Shown here piece by piece: positions 53,629-64,000 of a DNA stretch of 64,000 nucleotides (positions within the stretch are counted from its first letter, which is position 1; each line of letters opens with the position of its first letter). The stretch spans positions 1 through 64,000 of the forward strand of contig NIVC01001459.1 of assembly GCA_002269645.1 (NCBI GenBank), written 5' to 3'. The notes under the pieces were generated by a model that saw only the letters and a program-made list of their open reading frames with translations, was not told the origin of the DNA and did not search any database. A program made the position numbers and the translations under genes. This DNA comes from Macrostomum lignano (Eukaryota).

Positions 53629-56600
53629 ATGAAATCAGCCGCGAGCAGCAGCTCCGGGGCATCAGAGAGGCCCCGCTCAGCCGTGCGCCAGTTCTGTGGC
53701 TACACGACCGCCCACGGCCTGGGCCGCTTCTCCGAGCAGTCTACCTTTTTCGGCAGGCTCATCTGGGTCTCTTTTCTGCTGGGCACCTACGGCGGCTTTG
53801 TCTATCACCTGTACACCCTGTTCGACAGGTTTGCCCAGGCTCCTGTGCTCACCACAATGACCGTGTCCTCGCTGCCGTTCCAGTTCCCGGATGTGTACAT
53901 CTGCCCGACGCAGGCGAACACCATGAGCAAGGCCATTAAGTCTCTGACCGAATTTGGAGTTACCGATACGGAGTTCCTTACCAAGAGGACCATCGACGAG
54001 AAGATTGGATTTTACGCTTTTGACATTAAAAACAGTGACTTCAACCAGATGACGATGGCACTGCTGAGCGTCCTGGAAAGCACAGAAGAGTCACTGATGG
54101 CGAAGTTTCAGTTTCCAGCACGTGGTGAGCACTCTGCTATTTGAAAACTCTTTGCCAGAGCAGCATTCCATATATCTGAGCTCTTATCTGACAAAATCCC
54201 TATTCAAAATTTGAGCCATGAGAAACTTGCTTTAGGCTTTGAGGATATCGGGCTGCATAAGTTTTCCTCAAAAACATGTTAGAGAACCGAGCCGAGTGTC
54301 GGACAACGCTCTCAGGCGAGGAATACTCTGGCGACGTGAGTTCAGCAGTTGTCTACGGATTTGCCACCATGACAGTCACGTCTGTGAACACCTCGGCATT
54401 CGAGCCCAGTCCGTACAGAGCGCTTAGATCGTGCATACCATGGAATGATGCAGCTCGGATGCTGCATAGTACAAGCGCCAGCCTAGCCAACAGGCTGCTG
54501 TCACTCAAATTTTCCGACGACGAGTCCCGCTGTCGCTCGCCGCCCGGACTGCCGCTGTCTAAGCTTCTGCCGTTTGCATCTCGTGAGTCAAGAAAATTCA
54601 GAGATGAGAAAGTTCTAACAAAAAATAAAGCATCGCACGTTGCTGATTTTCCAGGACCAACGTTACAGCTTATCGACTGCTTCCCAAAAAAGACTGTGGA
54701 TGCATTATTTCTTGTCTGCTCGGAGCTCCAAATCATCACTTATGAATCCTGCGCCGAATGCTGCGCCAGACTCCATTTCCCGTACGTGGCCCTCCAGCCC
54801 CTGTCGTGCCGATGCGGCTTCAGCATCAGCGGCATCAAGAATACGTCCGACACGTGCAACAGTTATTGCAAGAACGACAGCACAAGAGTTTGCGGCTCGG
54901 CTACTAGCGCTACGGTTCTGCAGATTCGGCACAATGGTGAGTGAATCATTCAACCATGTAGGCCCGAGTTCGGAGAGCATCAGGAGGCATTTTAACCGAC
55001 AGCTCAGATCCTATAAATCGTCTGTATTCGTCTAATTTCCTATTTCCTGTTTTTAGCATCAAAGGCGCTGCACATAGGAAACTTCAGCCAGTTGACGCCG
55101 CAGGCGCACGGGCCCTACTGCTTCTTTAGAGATGAGATTGGCAAGCTGAATGCCGGCTTCTGTGAAATCCCCTTTTGCCGAATTTGTAAGTCCAATCCGC
55201 CGCAGTGATGAACTTCATCGCCAAAGTCTCGAGAAAATTAGCTTCTAGGCTCAAACTGCTCACTTTTCAGCCAAATCTAAGACCTACGACTGTGCTGTGA
55301 GCTCATCAGACAAGCACGTAGAGCAGCTGAAGCTCTCTCGGTATACGGGATGGACGAATGTCACCGCCTCCGGCAGACGATGCATGCCTTGGAGTAAATT
55401 GCTGAGAATCGAGGAGCTGGTTAAAACGCGCAGTCAGTACCGCCTGATTTACTTGAAGCTCTCACAATCTAGCAAAAATGCATTCTCAGCTTGAATTCCT
55501 ACCTTCATGCAGTATTCGCCCTGGCTGAGGCTTTGAAAAATATCTACATCCGAGTTCCCGACGAAATCGAGAACAGCGAGGACAACTTCTGCCGCTCAGC
55601 GAGCATTGTGGTCGACTCCGTCCCAAGTTGGGATGAAACTATGATAATGTGAGTTCAAAACTGAGTTCGTGACAAATCTTTGCACGAGTATGAGTTCCAA
55701 GCTTTAAATAAACAGACCAATAAAGCTTTTCTTCCATCTCAGGCGGCACAGCGTCTTTAGCTCAAGCGTGCCAATTTGCATCCCGGAAGACTTTCTCGTC
55801 GGACTGGCGACACCGCAGATTATGGGTTTCGTCTCATTTTTCGAATTGTCGGTAGAGACCTGCGATATACCGAAGTGCTGTGAGTTTTGAGCCTTTTAGA
55901 GAAAAAACTGTAAGACAGCTAATGACTGTTTGAATTTAATCGGCATTTTTAGACACCACTGCCCCCAGCGTGACTAGCGCTATCAGCGATTCGGTTGGCA
56001 GACACCTGCTGGCTCGCCAGTTCGGCAGCGACCTCGGTGTCAGCCTCGTTGAGTGCAGCTTTGCTGGCCAGAAGTGCACCAAGGAAGACTTTGTGAACTT
56101 CGCCCACCCGCAGCTGGGCATGTGTCACCAGTTTCTCAAGCAGCGCTTCACCGCCAACATGAGCAGCACGCAGTTGGCAGAGAGCCAGCTGTCAGTCAAG
56201 TACTTCACGGACTCGACAGACGCAAAGGGACAGACGTTGTCAAATATTGACAAGCTGACGCGGGTGGTGCGAGGAGGCCGCAGTGCTGATGCCAGACAGA
56301 CAGCATTCAAGGTGAGTCTTTGACGGCTGCTTACACTGACACTGAACAGTGCTCACTCTCATACTGAACAGTGCTCACTCTCACACTGAACAGCTGAACA
56401 GTGCTCACTCTCAACTGAACAGTGCTCACTCTCAACTGAACAGTGCTCACTCTCATACTGAACAATACTCACTCTCACACTGAGCAATCACCTGAGCCTC
56501 CATTGCGAACTTGAAGGCCGTCATCGTACCGGAGGGATCCTTCCCATGGGCTTCAAAGAGCATCGACGTGGCCACCGCTCAGCGCATGGACGTGCAGCTT

Positions 56601-57912
56601 AGCTTGAACAAGTACTCGAAACTGTCCAGCGCATCCAGGCCCTGCACGGAGACCACAAAACCGGTCACATATCGACTGCCGTCCTGGAACATGCCACCAT
56701 CGAATGAAAATTTCAAGTACTAATCTGTATCCTGCTTTGGGGAATTAACCTGTGCTAACTTGTGCTAATATCGTTATTACGCTATGAATTCATTTACGTC
56801 GTACTAATACTAACCTTGGCTCCAGAATTGATTGGGCCGCAAAAAGGATCATTTCAACCAACGGCTGGACACGGAAACTGTCGATGCTGCGCGAGACGCT
56901 GCTGAACAACAGCGGCCCAAGGTTAGTAGTGCCAGCAGGTGAAGTGCTCCTGAAGTTATTGTTAACTGCGGAAATTGTCACAACAAACGAAAAGTACTTC
57001 GCAATTTCAGCATCCTGACCGATGCGGGCCGCCTGTTTGACATCCCCGATCGAGGCGATTGCGTCAACACCTACGTCGTGCAGGCCTTCCTTGACAACTG
57101 CAGATGCCTGCCGTCGATTCTGCCCATCAAAGACGAGCTGCTCGCCAATTTCAGTTACTGCTTCAACATCAAGGATGCTGATAACATTTCTGACGACACT
57201 GAGAGGTGCTACATTGATCAGATGTCCCGGATTACACAATATCAATATGAGGCTACAAAACTCTGCAAGCCGCTGTGCAGCACCTTCGAATACACCAGCC
57301 GCTTCATCCCCTACGCCTGGCCGAACCTGCATTTCATGCAGTCGCTCGAGTTCCTGCGGCAGCTGGCTTCGGACTTCGGCTACCGGCACAACATCAGCCG
57401 GCTGAAGGGTGTCTCCAGCCTGTACTATGCATATCTGAGAGCTCAGAGACTCGCAGACACGCCAGTTAGCAAAATCAGCAGCGCCGAGTCTCAGAGCTTT
57501 GATGTGGAGCTGACGGCGCTGGAAAACCGGCTGGCTCAGCTAACCGTCCAGGCTGAGCGGCCATTCGGCCAGGAGGTCTCGGAGGAGCCGGCCTACCCCG
57601 CCAAGAACCTCCTGGCCGACATTGGAGGTAAGAAATCATTTTGAGTGGTTTTGGCATCGGCAGCGCGAATTCCGTCAGTTTCAATCGGATTGCTTTTCAG
57701 GCGCCCTGGGTCTCTGGTCCGGCATCTCCATTCTCACTGTCTGCGAGTTGCTGGAGCTCTTCATCTACCTGGGGCAGGAGCTGGTCCTGAGGATGCGGCG
57801 ACAGCCCTCCAAGAGGCAGCCAGGAGACAACAACGAGCCTGACTTACCGTCTAAGGTAGAGATGGAGTCGGAGATGAACGCGGCTGAGAATGAAAGAGTA
57901 ACTCATTTTTGA
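53629..57912 (+). CDS. DEG/ENaC (ASC family) channel with kringle and WSC insertions, about 1,000 aa; exons 53629-54124, 54262-54936, 55057-55185, 55271-55393 (or 55432), 55513-55648, 55743-55879, 55953-56311, 56517-56716, 57011-57627, 57701-57912
   Basis: FCGYTTAHG pre-TM1 motif, TM1, FPDVYIC, CSFAGQKC..DF..GMCHQF, cysteine-rich thumb (DC..DNCRC..YC..C..CKPLC), LLADIGGALGLWSGISILTVCELLEL (TM2, GxS filter). Exon lengths sum to 3,084 nt with GT-AG junctions. A possible extra 72-bp in-frame intron at 54583-54654. Confidence 0.88.
56335..56485. repeat. About 20-22-bp repeat (ACTGAACAGTGCTCACTCTC) in an ENaC intron
   Basis: About 6 copies. Confidence 0.85.
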
Positions 57913-58018
57913 TTGAAGAGAAATCCTTGCTAAAATTCTGGGGCAGTCAGTGCACGGACGAATGAAGTAGAAGGACGCTGCACTTCCTAATCAAGAAAAT
58001 TTTCTGGACCCTCAAAAG

Positions 58019-58847
58019 GTTCCTGGACACTTCGTCATCTTACCACTTCGTCATCCACTCATTTTTCTAGACACTTCGTCATCTTACCACTTCGTCATCT
58101 ACGATACTATTGTGGACACATCGTCATCTACTCCCTGGACACTTCGTCATCCACTTTGTCTAAAAAACTTAGCTATATGTAACTTCGTCAGCTAAGTTGT
58201 ATCGAGTAGTCATAAATATAGGTGGCTACACTGAGGATTAACTAACTGATTAACTAACTGATAATTAATGAGGATTAACTACGACGGGGGAAGAGCTGGA
58301 GAAGAGAAGAGATCGCGATCGCGATCAGTACAAAATTGAATTTTACTCGCGGTTTAAATCATACAATATCTTGGAATTTTACAGTAAAACAAAAATAACA
58401 ATAAATTGGAAATATGCATGCCTGAATAGCAAAATTAAATGAAACTTAAAAAACATAATAATAAATACACAAAAACACACTATTCATAAACATATTTAAA
58501 TCTACATCGTTACAACTCCACACATGTTTGTGGAAGCGAAGCTAAAATAAAATTACAATGAACACTTGTACACATACAGCGTGCATTTAGATGCCAATCC
58601 CTAAACGTGTATTTAATCCTATATTTTACAGACTATTGATTGAGAAACAATTTACATGCATAAAAAAAACAATCGAATAACAATTTTACAGCTTTGAGAA
58701 ATCTTGGGATGACGAAGTGTCCTCAAAATTTGGTCACTTCGTCATCTAGATTTCTAACAATTTTTTTTGTCTGACGAAGCGTCCAAAAACCATGGTCACT
58801 TCGTCATCTGGATGACGAACTGGTAAGATGACGAAGTGTCCAGGAAC
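58019..58847. mobile_element. 829-bp MITE / non-autonomous DNA transposon
   Basis: TIR GTTCCTGGACACTTCGTCATCTTACCA(C/G)TTCGTCATCCA, about 38 bp; subterminal CACTTCGTCATC repeats at both ends; AT-rich core; no clear TSD. Confidence 0.85.
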
Positions 58848-60759
58848 TAGCTACTACTAGCTACACTAGCTACCGTACATAGGGAATCGGAATTTCCAGC
58901 ACTAAGTTAGTCACCTTCTGGATCTCCACAGTAGCGTAGCCACAAACACTTTGATGCTTGCTTTATTCACCATCCAAAATTCCACAAGCCGATAAAATGT
59001 CTTAGCGCTTAGTGCTGAGAATCTGATGTTTTTTTACCTCACTGAATGCGTTTTTGTGCCGGCAGCCTGCAGTGATAGTGTGTTGCTTTATTTTGCAGCG
59101 CCCTTCCACTTAGGAACAGACCGTGAATGAATGTTAAACTGGATCGCAGATCGCTTATTTAATCTATGAAAGGCAAAATGAGCTTTAGTGATTTTTGCTA
59201 ATTCGCATGCTTGAATCGCTGATATTACACAATATTACATCATAACCTTATCGCATTATGATACACTACATTATTACTTTATGATATCATAGCATGATAT
59301 TCTCCGGTCACTACATAATCTTATTATTGCGTTATCAAATTATTAAATGATGATATTATCACATAACAAGATCATCATATAATACGAGCGTACATTACCT
59401 TTTCGCTTAAACGATACTGGCCTTGCGATTTTCACATAATTAAATACGAGTTTCATTAAAAGTGCCCAAAACCGCGTCCTTTGTCAACACTATTCTTCTT
59501 TAGCTGTCCATAGAATGAATGAAACACCGGAAATTTTGCAGTTCACTCTCAGAACTGAATGTAAGCGCCACGAATAAAAAGCTGCTTTGCCTCCATTTCA
59601 CAGATATTTTTGTTATTGCATTGCAATTATATAATCCTATTAATTCGGAAAAATCTTTTTTCAGCTGACACAAAAAAGTTTTAAAAAATTGCTGCAGTGA
59701 CAAAGCTGAGCTGCTGAGCAAATTTTTCCGAATTAAAAATTGTTTAAAAAATTTGCTTCCTGAAGCGGCTCGCGTGCGGCGAAATGAAGGCCGCATGTCC
59801 TTTAATAATGTGCTGCGGCTGGGCCTTTTACGGCTCTAGTTTATTTGGGCCATAGACAGTTTGAGCAGCAGTGGCTGGCTCTGTCAAAAGAACATGTGTC
59901 CACTACACAACTCCCCCCAGAGCCAGACAATGTGCTCTTGCATTGTGCTCGCTGGGAGCTCAGCTGCTGTGGTAAACGGCTGGGTCAGCTGCGATTACTT
60001 TGCCACTGGAAGCGATGGAACGCAATGGAAGCGACTGGGTTAGAAAAGGGTCACCGAGCTGTATGTATGCTCAGTCTGTATTCCGAGCATCAGTCTGTAT
60101 TTTGAACTTCAGTCTGTATTCTTAGCTTCGGTCTGTATTCTGAGCTTCAGTCTGGGATTCTTCAAAGCTTCAGTCAAATTACATGCACTATTTACTTGTA
60201 CATTGAACTCAAGTAGTGTAATTGGTGCGTGTACACTGTAGAATCAAATGCAATGCGTCACATAGTTTAAAGTGTCGTGTTGGACCACTGTTACGTAACT
60301 ATAAATTTCCTTACGTGACCACTAAGTTCGAATGCATCCATCAATCACATACGACCAGTGTAAAAAAAACGTCCTGTCAATACCGTGCAACTATTCCTCT
60401 AACTAACAGGCTTACGCGCAAACCGATATATCAAATGCGTTTACAGTAGACCAATTACATGTAGGCAATCGTTTTGCCTCATCACACTGTAATGCACCAA
60501 ACCGTTGAACCTTTAGCCTCATCAAATTTGAACTTAATATTGTATATGCTGCACCGAATATGAACCTACTGGCTTTCAAAATGTCCTAAATAAACGAGAC
60601 CTAGATAGGTCGGAAGTTAGCCTGCAACCTCCGCTAAGACTTGGTGACCCGGGAGCAATTAACCTTCTCCAAGGAGGCATGCACTTCTGCGAGTACAAAC
60701 ATGGGCTGCAGTTTGCAACAGTTTGTGCTATCACCCGCTATGCACACCTACTGCGTCTC

Positions 60760-61110
60760 CCTGTCCCTCAGCTAATTCGGGTCGATGTCCGGCTTCGTGG
60801 CCGGCGCGGGAGCGCCCCCTGCCACCCGTCCTGATGATCACGCTCAAGACTTCTTAGAGCAGCTCTCGTTGAGCATATGGAGGCAACAGCGCAGCGTGAC
60901 ACATTGGTCGCCCTCGGAGACCTGAACGCTGTTTTGCGTAGGTCCAATTCAAGCGGTCACTAGCTGCTCGTGACGCCGCGTGAGAATGGCGACACCAAAG
61001 GGGTAGAGGACATCTGGCTAGGCAGGAAATGGTGTCGGCCAACACCCGCTTCCGCAAGCCACCTTGTGGACTGACGAAATTTGTGACCTGCAAACGGAGA
61101 CGGTGGAACT
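60760..61110 (+). mobile_element. Decayed LINE apurinic endonuclease fragment (RTE-like)
   Basis: GAPPATRPDDHAQDFLEQL, then after a frameshift DTLVALGDLNA (GDFNA motif) and MVSANTRFRK. Confidence 0.6.
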
Positions 61111-62907
61111 CGCATGCGCGAATAAAACTGATTCATCGTCTGTTCTGTCTTAGCACAGAAAAGCCGAGACTGCTACATACCCTGTTACGCAAGTGACCTT
61201 GAGTCACGCGACCAATGTATGATCAACTTTATTTAGCATCTGACCTTGAATCACGGCGCTCGCTTGATTTTCAGGTCCAAACAAGTAAGTTGCCCCACGC
61301 TAATGACGTGATTCCCACGTTCCTTACGGAGGTCTTCACGCTTAACAATACAGGCTAGCTGAGCTTGACTCTTCCACCGCGAACTCTTTCTTACCCGCTT
61401 CTAAGAAGAGCCAGCCGTCTTTTTCTCCATTTCAAGCTTTTAAAGGTTTTACAGGTTCGAGCAGTGTCCAGCACTTCAACGAGAGGACGACCGCTTCGAA
61501 AGAAATTTTTTCTACTCGTCGAAGTCTTCATAGAGTCAGTCAGTCCATATTTAAATATCGAATTAGTTTTCATTTAGTAATTGTCCTAGCTATGTGTCGA
61601 AATTGTGAAACGCTAGTAGCAGAGTATTGGCATTGGTTTATTCTCCATCTACTTACAGAAATCTACTTCAATATAACTTGAAATCTTGGTTTATTTGAAA
61701 CTATACAGACTTAAATGCACCTGACGAATGGCAACGAATAGCAACGATTCGTAGCTCTGGCCCTCACCGTCGGGCATAACTTTGATTTCAGTCGGGCACC
61801 CGGCTGCCATATGCATGGACTGAGGCCGCTCGCCGATGGCCACAGCAGGCAGAGCACTTGCCTCCCCCACCTAAGGAAACGGCAAGCACTAGCTCGGATC
61901 ATTGGCCTGCTCAAGCTGTCCCTCCGGTCATGGAAGGCTGTAAATAAACAAGTTCTGATCGCTCGGTCTGATGCTCTGGAATCGAAACTCGCTTCGTTGG
62001 GTGCGTACGAGGGGTGATGATGGTCTTTTTGTTAAGAATCTGAAGTGGAATTTCGAATAAATTAAATTAAGAATGTTTTGAATGTTTTGATTTCTATTGG
62101 AGATGCAATGTTGTGTTACTGGATTGCCAGCAAACTTGGTTAGTCAGTATATACTTTATGGTGGCTAATTTTGTTAACTGCTTAAAAGAAACTGGAAAAG
62201 GCCTGTTTATGCAAAACATTGTTATGGCAGCTATCAATTCAATACGACTCAGTTTGCCGCTCAAATCGTCTTTAATTTTAAGCCACGTTACAGACATCAA
62301 AGCTTCAAAACCTTACTGACCCTATAGTGACTACGCAACGAAATCTGATGCGGTTTCCCGCTTAAAGACCTGCACAACTGTGTTGGGCTGTGGGCCATGT
62401 ATAAACTCAGTGCAAACTTGAATAATTCTCTCGTACATGTAGCTGGAAACACTTTGCACACTATGCATGCAGTTTGGATGCAAAAAGAAAGGCTAGCAGA
62501 AGGATGCCCAACTATTTTTCGCCCGTCGAACTATACATAAGGGTTCCCCCGTCTGACAATAAATGTATTTTTTTGCAGCAGCGTCAGAATGGAAAAACGC
62601 AGGCACAATGGGAAATTCAAGAACACGGCCTAAACTTTTTGTTGCGCACCTTCTCAAACCAATATCAAGTTGCTATCAGCTTTTTGGACCATCAAGATGT
62701 TCAAAGATTTTGCCAGAAGGTCAGATTTCTCCCATATGCGCTATAGTGTATTCAATTCATCCCTATGCGCCAATCGGCACTGCGCCTCAGGGCAGTATTG
62801 CTAGTCGGCAGATTTCAAAACAAAACAGATTCAAACAAAAAAAACAGATAAAAAATAGAGTCACTCATAATAGATCTGTTTTGTAATTTTGATGTATTCT
62901 AGGCCAA

Positions 62908-63657
62908 TCCTATATACTAAAAATGAGTTGTTTGTTTGTACGCAATCGATTAGAGAAAAATTTAGTCCTATCCATTGCAAGCTTCGATGAAAATTTCGGT
63001 CATTTCGGCGAAAAGCCATAATAATCATAATAATTTAAGCAAGGCTAAAGCAAGGACGTGAGGTGGGGGTGGAGAAAGTTTCTTGGAAGTTGGCGGGTTT
63101 ATTAATTGACACCAATGAGGTGGGGCGGATTCCACGTTTGAATTCCCGCCGGTCGTTGCGTTGGCACTAATTTAAATCCGGAGATCGCGCAGACGAATCA
63201 CAACGGAATTATTTCTCCTGTTTTACTCCGACTGCCGGGGTCTTCAAGTTCCGGGGGAGGGTAGTCGTAATCGTAGCTGAGCGGTCGTGTAGCGGCGCGG
63301 TCGTTCAAATGGTAGACGCCGTAGATTCTGACACCGTAAATTAATGCGTCGATCAGTTGAGCTGATTACTTTCAGTAGGTTAGAGCTGCCACCACCGTAA
63401 TTTACGTATTACGGAACGATTAAGTCTCAGAGCTTTCTTTGAGTTGAGAACTTTGGTTGTTTTACGCCCCGTGGGCAAATGACTCAAGGCTATGGCTTAT
63501 GGATCAACGAATAAATATGGCGGAAATTAGTTATTTATTGGATATTATTTATTAAATGTTATTAATTAGGAAGCAGGCAGTAAATTGGTATTGATATTTG
63601 CAGTGCTACGCGAGTGAATCGGGGCGCCGGGGCGCTATTAACAATCGAGTAAACTAG
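62908..63657 (+). mobile_element. Possible non-autonomous Helitron
   Basis: A|TCCTATATACTAAAAATGAGTTGTTTGTTTG 5' end; candidate 3' end with a short GC hairpin and CTAG|T; the hairpin is weak. Confidence 0.4.
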
Positions 63658-64000
63658 TTAAAGCTGGATATGAACTCAGAAAGGAGAGGAAAAAAACGAA
63701 CGAAAAGGAAATTTTTACGCAGAAAATAAAGCAGAATTGCATATAATATACTGAGGATAATAACGGGTCATCCTTTGGTTCAAGCGTTGGGCACGGCAGT
63801 GGATACAAATTTTCGCGGGTTGGACACGGCGCTGGATGGCCTCAAATGTATTAATGCAAAAATACAAAAAAAACAAATTTTGTCCAGCAACTGACAGGCG
63901 TAGATTCACGGAGTGGAAACAAAAATTTCACTGCAGGGATGGTCATTGCTGAACAGGGAAATGTTTCCGACAAAGGAAAAATAAAAAATTAACGTGCAAA

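Noticed and set aside
54236-54282. Frameshift or pseudogene call for the ENaC exon 2
   Set aside because: The AG at 54234-35 leads to a stop, but the AG at 54260-61 gives an in-frame phase-1 junction; a single missing T in the homopolymer would also fix it.

Overview
Eukaryotic, intron-rich DNA. The style (GC-rich exons with CAG runs, introns packed with minisatellites) suggests a free-living flatworm such as Macrostomum; this is an inference. Five genes could be spliced by hand from GT-AG sites and frame continuity. (1) A DLC1/STARD13/crossveinless-c-like RhoGAP-START gene (+, about 10.1-27.4 kb). Its 12-kb intron appears to hold (2) a 5-exon antisense tetraspanin and an 856-codon polyQ ORF. 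(3) An intronless cytosolic sulfotransferase (-) sitting between two related satellite arrays. (4) An FBXO33-like F-box gene (-, 5 exons). (5) A roughly 1,000-aa DEG/ENaC channel (+, 10 exons) whose extracellular loop carries two kringle domains and a WSC domain, with the WSC apparently inserted inside the first kringle; this is the most striking finding. Mobile DNA includes a decayed Ty3/Gypsy retrotransposon, a 4.8-kb Sola2-like DNA transposon (20-bp perfect TIRs, AACA TSD) carrying an LTR-PBS-gag fragment, a CORE-type SINE, an 829-bp MITE, a LINE endonuclease relic, and possible Helitron and Crypton remnants. Most long low-complexity ORFs in the supplied track are artefacts of tandem repeats. 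No database searches were run; family calls rest on recalled motifs.
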